From positions 2,170,001 to 2,234,000 of the forward strand of contig JAYWIR010000002.1 of assembly GCA_036172245.1 (NCBI GenBank): a stretch of 64,000 bases of DNA, read 5' to 3'. A program made the translations under genes and the position numbers. Source of the stretch: Raillietiella orientalis. Taxonomy: Eukaryota. Each line of letters starts with the position of its first letter. The first letter of the stretch is position 1. This document shows positions 50,717-64,000 of the stretch, one piece after another. The notes beneath the pieces are model-generated. The model was given only the letters and a program-made list of their open reading frames with translations. It ran no database searches and was not told the origin of the DNA.

Positions 50717-53700
50717 GCTGCTGGAAAATGGACCAGAACGCTCTTCGACAAGCCTATGGGGCACGCTGCGTGAGGCTGGTTTCGTTTGAAAAGAGGAGCG
50801 TGATGTGAACGGTGGAGGAGCCTGGTCACTCTGAGCTTGCTCTGGTATTCAGAATGCTGCCTCCCCCCCCTGCATGTTGTGAAACAAATCTGATGAAATG
50901 AATTCACAGAGACTACTTGTGGTTCGGAGCAGCAACTCATTCATTATCAACTACAGCTCGTGTACCAACTGCAAAGGAAACAAAGGATCGAGTCCTTGTA
51001 AGAGACAATATGTAGTGGTAGGTACATCTGGGACATGGACAAAGATCAAAGGATCAATTTCAGAAATTTCGTGAATATTTTGGCAATGAATTTAACCAAG
51101 GATCCAGAAGAATACAAAGTAGAACGACACATGCATTGTTCAAAAGCTGGGGTCACGAAAACGATTTTCCAAGAAGATGGGAGGGGGGGGGGGAGAAAAA
51201 AAAGAAGAAGAAAAAACGGGAGGGTGGCGGGAGCGAAGGAAGAAATGAGCACACAAGTCACACAATGGGAAACACAGTAAACGTACAAGACATTAACTAG
51301 TGCACGTAAGATCGATACTAAGTCCTACACTTCGATAACTCGTACACGCAGGTCACGGAGTAAACCTGCAAGTAGGGGTTACAGTCCCTACCTGGAGATT
51401 TAACCTACATCCAACGCTCTGCAATTCATACCCTACTAGCGAACTCGAAATTACAGAATGGACGACGCGCATTTCGAGGGGGTGCATTGGACATTTCCGC
51501 GGGAATCTTAACCTTCACATCGCGTGTGTGTGTGATGTACGTGAATATTCTTCTGGGGTACCGTACCGACCACATTACGCACGAGAATCTCTGCGGCGAA
51601 TTGACGACCAGTGTCGAGTGGGGAGGGGATTGGGGGCGAGATCGCAGCATCGTTTGGTAGGAAGTGCGGACACTCGCTCGAAAGAAAAAGAGTTTGCTGC
51701 CTTTGCACGTGGACGTAGTCCACCTGCTTAAGCGTGGAGATGAACGGAGATCGTTGTGCACACAAAGGTGTGCAAACCCGAATAGGCGAGTGCGCAGCCT
51801 CTCCGACGCCTCCGCGGTTTGTCGCTATCCTCAACCGCCCCACACCACGCTAAACATGATGCACTGTGCATCGGGAGATCTGAACAGGTACGGACCTATC
51901 TGGACCGGGAGTCCAGGGAACATTCCCTTCGTGTAACCCAAGGTGTGGGTGGAGGTGGGAACTATCCCGAAAGGGTCCGGTAAGCTTACTCGATGGCGGA
52001 CTCCCATGAAAGGTCTCTCTCTCCTCCCTAAGCTCTCACAACGATGTCCGACTCCTAGCTGTAAAGCAAAGCAGCGGAACATCGCCTGACCGTCGGTTTT
52101 CCGCCGTTTCTGTATTTTTACGGTTCGTTCCTGGAATTCTTTGGCACAACCGTGCGGCGGATCGAAGCTTCGGCATATTGCAGTGCTTATATTCCATCAA
52201 TTGCGACTGAAGCTCCCCCCCCCTCCTCTCCAAAAAATAAAAATGAAGAGAACTTTTGTTTTTCTCCGTTCTGTTCTGCCTTGCTGTTCCTCAGGTAGTT
52301 TCCGCAGTTCACTTTCGGCTTCACATCGGAAGACCTCGGCCTTGTAATTAACAATTAGGTCAATTCTACGTTCCACCTTCTTTAATAAAAAAGGATTAAA
52401 AAAATAAATAAGTAAATCCGGACCGATGCTACCGCACAGAGATGCACGAAAAAATCATGTGAAAATCAATACGCTGCACGCCTGGAACAACAGCTTTTAT
52501 CACAAATTCACGACACGCCTTGGTAATGTGCCAGGCAATTAGCATACATCGCGATGTCACAAAGGCATGAAGCCCTAAACCGAAACATGAAAATTTCTAT
52601 GTAACAAAAATTATTGGCATCGAGGGCAAAACTAACGTGAGGTGGTGGCGGCATTGCAACTATTTACGTTGCACAAGAACATTACACGGCAAAAGAGACG
52701 ACGGTACGATTTAACGACCTGCTCGTTTCAAGAGATGTGAGTAGGTTGAGTGGCGACCCATTGTGATTCGCTGGCGATGTGTCCCAATCCTTTCCCCCCC
52801 TCCCAAACCAGACCCATAGAAGGCAATTCTGATTTTACATTCCGGGCTTATCGTGTTAGTACTTGGAAGACGAAACAACTTATAGGCACTGCGCATTTGT
52901 TTTGATCTCATCTAGAAAATCATCGAAAACACATCCATTATGAATTTCTGCTGGATCCAAAGATCCTTAACCTTAAGACTTAATGATTTCAATGCTGCGC
53001 GCACAATGCAGACACTTTTAATGCTGCTGCTGCTGCTAGAGATGAACGCTTCAATTCAGAGATATGCAATTATAACGCATAAACTAGTTTCACTTTGAGC
53101 AAAAAGAATGAAAAAAAAAAAAAAAAAAACGGAAGATGATATTGCAACCTTTTGCAAACTGCCTGATATAAGAGAAAGAAGAAAAAACTCTTGGGAAACT
53201 GTCGCCAATCAACCAGCACTTTACTGATATGCTTTATTTACCTGTCAAGTTTACAACTTGTCTGAACGAAAACGGAAACACTAAAAAAACAAAGATTCTG
53301 GACCTTCCCGGGGAAAAAAATTGCTTCCGACTGCATTCATTTCAGAAAATCATTCCAAACATACGCGAATTTAAGTTTCCACAAAGTAATACTATAATTG
53401 CACGCATCATCAAGGGATGGGATTTTCAGAGAAATAATCATTTGCAGCAACTTAATTAAATGGGTGGTTAAACACTTCCTGTTTAATCATGTTTAAGGAA
53501 AATCCTAGAAAACACTCGAGTTTTCGTTAACAAAACGTACACTGACGTCTAACCATGTCAATGATAATCACACGTTTGGGGTGCCTGTGTTGTTTTCTGA
53601 TGTGTACACATCAAGTGAAACCGACAGAAGTCTTCTCGCATATGACGAACAAATGCAGTTACATTACATAATATGATGAATAAAAATTGCACACTATTTT

Positions 53701-54845
53701 GACGAAGCAGATTTATGAAGGACTGAAAACTGCAAAGTTTCCTTTTCCAAGTGCCAGAATCACAAAGGGTGAGGGAGTTTGCCTTCGAAATCGCATTTCC
53801 AAAGACTGATCCAGGCCGAAAGGAAGCACAACCAAAGTCGGGAATGCAGTTTCCGACCTCTGGACTTGCAAGATGCGCCCGAACAGAGGTAAACTGGTGG
53901 AAAGGAAAGCCAAATGCAAAGTCCTCCCGAACAAGAGCGGCAATGCTTTTCAGACATCATTAGGAAAAAAGGAAAAAACGAGGAACAAAGCCATAAAGCA
54001 CAACATGACGGAGATTTCGCGTATGTGAACCAAAATCTTGAGTTGAAAAACACATGGACTGCCGTCACTTATGTTTTCAGCTAAAGTCCGTACGTAATTA
54101 TTTGACTCATCAAATAAGTTGATAAGTAGAACGAGTTTTCAGACCGCCACTTTCAAGTCCTCACGGGAGGTCAAAAGTGAACACACACCAAATAAATACC
54201 AAATATTGTTTCTAAATGGATTTCTAAATGCAGATTTCTAAAAAACAACTTAATGGTGAAGTTCAGGAGGGGATTCCCCTTGTGCAGAATATTCATAAAA
54301 TACTCTCTCTCTGCACCATAAGCATCCTTGTCATTCGTTTCCATCATATTCATATAATTAAAAATCTCTAAATAATAATGCACCACAACTCGTTTTTTTT
54401 TCTTCTTCTTCCTCATCTTTTGTATGTAAATATTCCTGGCTTGGTGCAATGTTAATGTTAAAATCTCTCCTAAGAATCTTCTCTTTAAATACGTCAGAAA
54501 CCAAACATCTTGTCTCAATAGGCGCACAGTTTGGTAGGAAAAAAAAAAAAAAGAAAAATTCAACTTTCATTACAAGGCTAGGAAAAATGTAACTCGCATC
54601 ACCTAAACACGAAGCAACACTGGCGAACAAACACTTACTTCGAAAGAACACACTTGCAATCTCTTTGTTTAAATCTAAAATCAACGCAATAAATGTTATA
54701 TACTGGCCAACGTATTTGGCAAACCTTATTTGTATTTTACGGAATGGCGTTTCTGAGACCCTGATTTATTTTTCTACCTTCTTCTGATGCTAGCGCTTTC
54801 GTAAGATATGGTTCATTGAAATCCAATCTAAGAAACCCAAAGAAC

Positions 54846-54882
54846 AGCTTGTCCAATATCAATGCTTGATATTGGACGAGCT
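54846..54882. repeat. Near-perfect 17-bp inverted repeat (hairpin)
   Basis: agcttgtccaatatcaa-tgc-ttgatattggacgagct forms 16 Watson-Crick pairs plus one T-G pair, with a 3-nt loop. Confidence 0.85.
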
Positions 54883-57800
54883 ATTTTACCGATCTTGAGG
54901 TCAAGGGGATCGAAAACCACGCTTTCCTCCCCTGGATCTCAGTATTTAACTCTCATGAATTGCCTCCTCATCAGCAAAAAGAAAACCTAAAAGAAAAATA
55001 ATGCAAAGTTGCAGGAGAAGCTAGATAAGAACACCGCACACGTAAATAAATCACAAGCATAACACAACGTCACTAACGAAGATATGTCTGCGCACGAGTT
55101 GTGAGCGAGTCTTGATTAAATCAAAGTGATCAGTGTTCCACGAATGACCACCAGCTCATCTCATAACTAACCAGATCTCTTTTTCGTACCAACAGGTCAG
55201 TCTTGTTATGCAACATATGCAGTGTTCTGATTTATGTTATTTTTTTCTCGAATTAATGAATAATTGTTGGAAATTGCAAACTAAGATATGGAGAAGTGAT
55301 TTCATACCGATGCCTGCACATTGCCTTTCCATGTTTTACCTTTGCTTACTATCTCCAGTTGGAATCGTTACCGATGCCTGGACGTTTTTCGAAAACGTGA
55401 ATGGCAACGGAACAGGTTTCGATCTTAAATGCGTGCAAAACGGAGTAAAAATGAAGTGGTGCAGATCGCCTCGCGCCACTTCACACACGAAGTGATGTGT
55501 AAAGGATCGAATGTGAATCTCGAGTTGTACCATTCGGCGCCTTTCGTGGAGCGAATGATTGAAAACGTTCAGCCCCGCTTGGATTTCGAATCCCCGAGAT
55601 TACAACTGGACCGCAGGATGAAAACTATAAAGACGAATAACGAACTAATAAACACTGTGGATCGAAAGGGCAGGGACGAAAGGGTTCGTGATGCTTGCAT
55701 CATTTTGTTGTGTTCGTGCTGACTTCTGGAAAGGTACCTACCTTTCTGTACTTCATGCAAACATATTGCTGGGGGAAAAGACAAAAAAAAAAAAACTCTC
55801 AGAATCGGTACGATCATCCCCTTAATTAGCGAGGCCACGGTGCCGAAAACACAACATCCGACTTGCGAAGCGCCACATCTTAAAAGATAACAACATCAGT
55901 TTTCCCACCGGCACTCTTCTTGCATCCTTGTTCTGGGTTTCCGTATTTCCAAGTTTTCCATATTTTCCGTATTTAGCTCGGCATGCACACAAATGCACAC
56001 GAAATGGATTCCGGAGGATGATTTTTAGTGACGCACATTCGATTACAATTTTTACAACCTATTCATTAATACCGATTTTGTGCCACCTCTGCAGCTGCAC
56101 AGCTACACCAGAAATGCGCTTTCCAGTCGAAAGCAACGATAACTGACTCGGTAAATCATCGTTGAATTTGAAAATCGAAAAAGCTCAGGCAAAGAGATTA
56201 CTGAAATACCTTCCTGACTCTACCGCGTCAAGTGCCAAAATAATAAAGAGAGGAGGAAGCAAAAAAAGAATGTCGTTGAGATTATAGAACTGATATTTTT
56301 CGAAGCCAGCGAAAAAAAAAAAAAAAAAAAAAAAAAGAAGCCAAACGTGCAAAAGCTTTTTTCAATACTTGGTGTGTGTTGAATGGATGCCTGCTAACAT
56401 GTTTTGCACCTGAATTTGCGGATAAACCCTGCTACGTTGCCTCAGGAAGATGAGCTGATGATTGCGGGACGAAGTTCACGCTGACAAAGAGTTTCTAATG
56501 CAAAGTCAAGACGTTCCGAAACGACGTCGAGAAAAGACCTCGACAGAACTGGAGGAATGATATGACTTGCTGGTGGGTGGATGAGAAGATGGGAAGGAAA
56601 AACCTCTCCCTGCCTGTAGCAAAGTTCAATGACTACTTTAACCATTTTACCCCAAACCTTAAAGTTCAACCAAAGTCGTATCCTTAACTATGGAAAAAAA
56701 GAAAAAGAAAAAACCATCATTAAACTCCCTAGTAAGAAATGCCTCCAATTTCATACCAGTTTTCGGCAAAAACCCAATCTGTATATCTGCAGAAATTACA
56801 AAAAATAGGCGCGTTAATGAAACAGCTACAAAGCATAGTGGATTAAAGTACGAACTTGCAAAAATTCCATGAACTACTTTATAAATTTAGTACACCATTA
56901 CGACTGAGGGAAAAAAAAAACAGCCCTTGGTGTCATAAGCTAAGTCAGAAGTAAGCTGGGTTAAGTGGATCGTAATTACAAATCCAGTTTTTGCTTGCAA
57001 ACGCCTTGAAATCCCACGTTTTTAGGTGGTTTGAATGATTTTTCGGAAAAAAAAAAAATTTGCATAAGCAAAGAAGAAGAAGGGGGGGGGGGGAAATCGG
57101 AAACTACCTTATCACAAACTACTTTCAAACGTTCCGAGTCACAGATACCTGATGGAGGGGGAGGGAAAACGTAAAATCAATTGAGGAACAGCTTCAGGAG
57201 ATTTTCATAGATTAGGTACAAATTATGTACCAAAGTGGGCTGAAGGTCTACTGATTTACCCTAGATGCAGAACTTTTAGCCGAAAAGCAAACAGCTTATT
57301 CGACTCTTTCTCCGCAGCATGCACGTAGGGAACCAGAACGCCATCCTCTGCATAATTGGCCATCATTCAGGAAGATGAACGCAAGCGCACGAAACAACCT
57401 CTTTAAGCTAAATGTTTTGAAAGCTATTTCATAAATGAAAAAGATTTCGATTGCTGAATCCATACCCACTTTGCATGCCCAAACTCTTCGTCCTAATGGG
57501 TGTACCACGATGCTACGCGAGATCGTGGGGGACGTTTCCAATACAAGACGAAATAACAAGCACGGTCGAAAAATACATATACCCGCTCCAAAACGATACA
57601 TAAATGAAATATCGTGTTCTCCGCGTTTGTTTTGCGGAGCAACTGACGGGCGTGTGCCGCTGGAGGTACAATGCGATTCTTGTGTATTCTGCTAAATGGA
57701 TGGGCCGAATGTACACGACTTGTACGGCACCGCCCCACAAGGGCACCCATCGCGCAGCAGACGTAGACTTGCACGAGACAACTAATTGGAAATTTGCTCC

Positions 57801-60800
57801 CAACTCTCACGACTGTTTACCTTGGTTTGGCCTGCATTCCGATTTCGGTGTGTTCAGAGGGTCGTTAACTACGACAAAACAACGTCCATGGGTTTCCCAT
57901 GGTTTCCTCAAACAACACTGCGTGCGTACATCCATGCATATGCACACCATGATCGAAGGAAAGCATCCCTCGAACTTCCGCTTTGCATCTGCTGGTGCTT
58001 TTTTGCTCGAACATTTCAAAGTTCCTCATCGGTTTCCCAATGAGTCGGTTAGGAACACGAAAGGTTGAGATAGGAACACATAGGAACGTTTTAAACGAGC
58101 ATTTGAAGCACTTTAAAAATGCAGGGAAGCTGTGCAAACTGGGCAGGTCCAAGCTCGTGATCCGGGCTCCGGAACCCAAACTTCTCCAATGGAGTAAGCA
58201 GCGCATCCGAATCACCCAACGACTGATGGTGCAGTTTTTTTATTTCTTCCCCCGGGAATCTCGGAGGCATCGTGCGCCTCCGTGTTCACACGGGAATGCG
58301 ATTACCATCCAGGCATGTGGATCGCACTTCCGTTTCTGCCCCTGCAAGATGCGTCGAAGGCAATCCGGATGGAAGGCAGGGAAAAAAAGCGTCGAGAGAG
58401 CCCAACGCCACCCACTCCTTTCGATGACAAGGAAGGGGGGGGAGGGCAGTGGGGACTCGCGAGGAAACGCTGACCCCACCACCAGATGACTTTTCGAAAA
58501 TTCACTCTCGCGGCATTCGAAATTCGAATGCAAGGACTCAACCTACGCAGCGGCGGCGACTTCCGGATGTGTGGCACACACACCTGTTTTCCGAACATGG
58601 CGGCTTTCCCTTCACAAAAGTGGCAAAAAAAAATGCTCCTTGCCTCTGCTCGCAAGCTCCGAATTCCTAATTGCACGATCCACCTCCGACAAAAAAGAAT
58701 AAGGTCGTTTGCGGCTTTCGGTTTCGGTGTCGTAAGAAAAGAGTGTGTGTGGCTGTGCCTTTTGGCATTTCACATTTGGTCGCCGAGTACTACGGAAACA
58801 CATCCCCACTCCAAGAAGCCATTAGAGAGTTTCCCGTCACTTTCATTCATCTTTTATTAGGTTGTTTGCGATCACGTTCCGGCAGTGAGTGCCTCTTTCA
58901 ATGTGACCACCATCATGATTTCCAGCAGTAAAATGCTGTGCTGATCTTACTTATGAATTCATATGTATGCCTGCAAACTGTTTGCAATCCCCCCCCCCAA
59001 AAAAAATGGGTTCACATACAAGGAGGCAAAATAATGCACTATATATGAAATTTTTCTTAAACTATGAAAGCAAATTTCAATTCGATAATGATTCATTATA
59101 CAACTTTAATTTACAAATGATGGTAAGAAAACAGAAAAAATTTTTTTTTAGAATAAACTCATGTTCAAAGCTCATTACAATCTATATCATGAATTCCGCA
59201 ATGGTGAACATTTGCACAGCTTCATTCCAATTTCATGTTGCACCTAAGTCACTCAGTTTGCATTAATTCATGCCTACCCACATGACTATGTCTGAAGAGT
59301 GCACAAGTTCTGAACATTACTGATTTTATATGAAGCACTGATCTTGAATTTTTAAAGAAATTACAAGGTTTTCAAGGTAATCACTCAGGTGTGTGTGTGT
59401 GTGTGTGTGTTTAATTAGTAATTTACCAACACAGATGAAATATCCATTATCAATTTTTTTCCAAAAAAGTCTCCAGTACATGCTTGATAAGATGGAACCC
59501 TAAAGATCATTTGATTTTACTATGACCAACACGGCTTCAGGATATCAAATGTACTTTACTATACTAACAAACATTACAAGTAAAACAAACAACAGATCAA
59601 TAGCATTAAATGTGGAAAGAAGATTGCATAGTTGTTCAGATTTGGTGGTTTAACTATTATTATTTTTCTTGTTTACCCTCTTTCTTGAACAGATGCTTTC
59701 AGTAGTTTGAAAAGTTTATCATTTTCGAGGTGAATTTTGGAATGAGGTTTCAATGTCTTGGGGTGCAAATTCAGTCTTGGCGTTAAATTTAATTCATTCA
59801 CCATGCAAAATAAATGAATCTAAATTCATTGCATCACAAAATTCCAAATAATGTAAAAGCAGAAATTTAGTTTACACCAAATATCATTCAACTATGATGA
59901 CACATAGCAAAAACTCTTAGCACTTGTGATACTGAATAAATTACAAACACACAAACAATAAAGGATGAAACAAACCTCTGCGTTTCAAACAAAGAACCGA
60001 GATTGAAATACTTATAAAACGACACTTATAAATGTAAAAAAAATGCTTTTGGAAATTTATTTCATGGTTTCTACAGTTTACAAATCAGATGCTAGTCTTC
60101 CAGTAAATAAATAAATTAGAACAGCTTTCTGTATTTATCAATTCTGAAACTTCAAGTTCCCTAGATTACAAAGGCAATAAGTGAATGAAATTGATTTGTA
60201 AAACATTGGTTCATAATTAATAGCAGAAAGGTTCATTTCAGGATACTTAAAATTGACCCTTAAATTTCAATAATACAGGTCACCAAAACATTTAATCCCA
60301 ATTGATCTCACTATGAGAAACATGTGCTCAAGCTTTAAAAGTTTGGTAATCATAGCAAATTCGTTCCTAATGATTAAGCACACTTATCAAACAAAATCAT
60401 TATTTAACTTCACGCAATCACCGCCGTGATTCTTCCCTCTCGGCTTGAAACAACGCTTGCTTTCTCGCTTGCCATGGTTTTTAAACTCGATAAATTGATG
60501 AAACGGGAAAAGGAAAACAAGTGCGATATTGAAAATGAAAAGTTTCACCTTGTTGGCACACATCCACGCACAAAAACATGATCACTTCACTACAAACTTG
60601 ATTACTTACTTATTACATTTTCAGTTTCAACCTTAAAGACATCCATAACAAAACAACTTTCGTATAATTTATGCAAGTACATATACTGCTACCGTTGCGT
60701 CCTTTTGGTAAAGTCGACAAAAACAAGTAAATCCGGGTTGCTCATAACTAGCTAAAACATTTCCACTCCAGCAAAACGATGAAGAAAATTTTTCCCACCT

Positions 60801-63800
60801 ATTAAAAATGACAAATGCGAACGCTAATGTTATCTCATTGATAAGGTTTTGCTTATTTCTATCAACTTTTTCGCTTGTGTCAACGTTTGAGCATGTGCTC
60901 CCCTATTTAAACCTTTTATACGAAAACGAGCAAGCTGTACTTCGTACAAACGAAACAATGGCTATAAGAGGTGACAAATTTCATACTTTTCATATTACAA
61001 TGCGAACTTGTATTTGCATTTGGTACCAACCGTAGTGACGTCGAAACCTACGGATAACGTATTTGTTTTCCAAGAAAACAACTGAAAAGCGCGTACTTCT
61101 TCCCTCAAGTAAATCAGCACTTGAAGATCAGGATAATCGGGAGATGGAGCTAAAAAGGGAGGGGTAAAAAGGGTGGGGGGAGGGGGAAGACGGAAATAAA
61201 GCAAAAGAGAAAGAAGACTCTGCGACAGTGCCTGCCAACCAGAGCATCGATGTATAAACTTTCTCAATTTGTGATTTTATGAGAAACTGACTTGTACATC
61301 GTAATCCCACGTGCACTAAGAATGTACGAGTAATTTTTGCAAATGTTCAAAAACGAATAACAAATGAAGTAGTTTTTAGATTCTCTATTCAAGTATTTAA
61401 TAATATTGATTTCCGTGCCCAAAATCAGCTTGCAGTTGCTCCGGTAGCTAGAATACAAAAAGATAATGATTTTTTTTTTCCTTTCATTTCCATCGATTTA
61501 CTAGGATTATTCACAGTCATGATGAATTCAACATCATCGCTATCAAACAAATGTATGAAAAATTTTCATTTCACGCTATAGATGGGCTTTCCTTTCCTCC
61601 TTACTCGTCCAGTTATTTTAATATGGGTTTTGCGCCATCTACATCATCATCATGGCATCCAGTTTTTTTCTCAAGAATCACATTTTGCGATTCTCGAATC
61701 GCATTTATCCACTCTGCTAATGTAATAAATAAAAAATCTATTCGGGGACCATTTTCCTTCATTTGTTTGGATCCTTGGAAAATGAACGCTAGGTAGTCTG
61801 CTCTACGTTCTTAAGAAACTCAATTTTGATTCAGTAATCTGACGCATCATAAGGATCCTGAAAGTCTTTTTTCCCCTTTTTCATGGATCTTTACACAAAG
61901 CTTTCCCAGCCCGAAGTTGCTCAATACGTGCAGGTCGTACAGTACATGCACAGGTTTGGTTCCTGTTGTACAGAGGGCGAACGAAAAACATTGCCCTTGA
62001 GGGAACGTACAACAAACGGGCGCTCATGGGACCACGATTGGTGCTAATTCTCTTAATCAACCAGCCAGAACTCAGTACGAATAAGAGACATGCCTCAGGA
62101 GATGACTGATGTTTACTCGTGGCTCACGCACGTGCTCTTCCGAGTGTTTCGCAGTGAACCGTTTCGCGTGTCTTCGTAAGAAGCTTTCGTAGAGGAAAGA
62201 TCTGGATGGCGACAAAAATAGGCTGAGAGATGCGCCTCTGCGAGCCTAGGAAAGGGACGGAGGCTTCCTCAACTCACTTAAGACGAACAAGACTCACACA
62301 ACGGACGCAATGGGAGTGACCGGTCCCCCAGGCAGTGGCTGTCTGCCTCATGAAACGCCGACGTTCCTGGCAAGGGCGGCAGCAAATCAAAGCGGCGCGC
62401 ACCCTGCGTGCTCTGTCGTTGCGCGGGTGACAGCTCGACCGATTGATGCTTGCGGGGACCACTCAGGGAAATGGTCGGCGGGTGACTCCGTCGAGGGCAG
62501 GCGGAGAGCCGGCGCCCATGCAAGACCGAGAGCTCGGGGAGGGGGAAAAGACCAACGGCTGCTGACCAGAAAAAGAAAGAAAGAAAGAAACTAGAGATGG
62601 AGCGCGGGCGTTCTGTGGTGGATGGACTCCCCAGAAAGCGAGGACTCGGGAAAAGAAGGAATCCGCAAGCTCAGAATGCCCTCGCAGAGCCGTCTGGAAC
62701 CCAGCCGTTTCGAAGAAACCTCTTACGATAGATGCGCAGGAGCAGTCCCGCTTCCCTACCACCTCAGGTGCCTCTGGATCAGCCACTGCTGCTGCTTTCT
62801 TCCCGAGCACGCGTCCCCTCCTCTACCCAGTAAGGAATGCCGTTGGGGAGAGTGCTCGCTCGTAGCGTCTCCTCTCTGGGTGTCCCCCCAGGAGGGCGCT
62901 TCCACCGGCTCAGCTCCCCAATCAGGAGCAGAGAGGCGTCCTCCCCCTCGGAGGAAGGATTTGGCGCCGTTGCCGTGTCGGGGATCCCTCGCATGCGAAG
63001 GTGAGGTTGGGAAGATGAGGCTAGACTGGCGGCACACCAGCAGAACATCCCTCCCTCCGACCACTGCCCAGGTCTCAGTCTTACGGGCACACGCTCACGT
63101 GTTCCTCCTTTCTCCTCTTCGAACCGGGAAGGCGCTCTCCCCCGTGCCTCGCCCTCTCCGGAAAAGGTCGGCGGGAGCTACTCCGCGATCTTGGGAGCTG
63201 ACCCCGGCTCCTCTGAGTGCCGGAGGGAGTCACCCATGCTGTCTCTGAAGCGGATCCCTCGCCTCGAGGCCCGCTCGGGTACCCTAGGTCGTGCTACGAT
63301 CTTGGGGCACGTGCATTCCGGATACGATTCGCCGCGCCGCACCGCGGGGGGTTCACCGGACGAGGCAGCGGACGGACGCTCGGGCGCCCCGTAGTCCCCC
63401 GGGTTGGCGCGTGCTCCCTGCTGACACTACCTCCGAGATTCTTTTCCTCCTTCTGGGAATCCCCGAGGGTTCATCCCCATCCTTCAGCCGTCGCGCACCA
63501 CCCGGGTGCCGGAGGCTCCTCAGACTGGAGAGTGATCGGCAGGGGATGCTGGTGTGCTGGTACTTTGTTTTATTCCCTCCGGAAGGGAGATGAAAGAGGG
63601 GCCGCGTTCTGGGCGTGTCTTTGCTGCTTCCGGAATCCCGGATGAAACCGAGTAGAACAAGCGGAAGGAAGGACCCCCTCCCTCCCCACGTCCCTTTCCT
63701 TTCCTTTGCTTCAGAGGAAACCCTGATGGCTGGAAGAAGAAGAGGGACCGACTCCTCACTCTTCCCTCCGGAGCGGAGGAGGAAGGGGTGGAGGGAAGGT

Positions 63801-64000
63801 CTTTCTGATCCTCGAGGAACTTTGAAGATCAGAGAAGCTCGGAGATGTTTCTTCCTAGCGGTCGAGGAGGGAGGGAAGGGAGGCTTCCGCGAGTAGGACC
63901 TACTCGTTCCAGGGTAAAGATTCCTCTAGGTCACCCCCTGAGGCGTTGACGACCTCCTTCCTGCATGGCGTTCTCTCGTGCTCGTCAAACCCCTCCCTCC

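Noticed and set aside
1..64000. CRISPR array, prokaryotic operon or defence system
   Set aside because: There are no regularly spaced direct repeats. The genes are intron-containing and eukaryotic.

Overview
This window is eukaryotic (metazoan, probably arthropod-like) genomic DNA with GT-AG introns, microsatellites and homopolymer runs. I found no CRISPR array, operon, rRNA or bona fide tRNA. Most long ORFs in the track are GC-rich noise or antisense shadows. Reading across splice sites gives four genes. (1) A minus-strand bifocal/phostensin-taperin-like gene, partial, exons 7879-6764 and 6234-6073. (2) A plus-strand QTRT2 (queuine tRNA-ribosyltransferase accessory subunit) in 8 clear exons from 30700 to 36220, plus a candidate first exon at 29791-29836. 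(3) A complete 9-exon KSR (kinase suppressor of Ras), 41222-44677, 854 aa, with CC-SAM, C1 and kinase domains. (4) LIN37 (DREAM/MuvB subunit) on the minus strand, 45540-44737, ending 59 bp from the KSR stop. Other observations: sharp kb-scale GC/CpG compartments, AAG 3' splice sites in half of the QTRT2 introns, very short KSR introns, a diverged inverted repeat with a perfect 22-bp core just upstream of QTRT2, a candidate spliced non-coding snoRNA-host unit at about 26.8-28.7 kb, and a dispersed minisatellite-like repeat. I cannot claim a clearly new biological system. The non-coding candidates are hypotheses.
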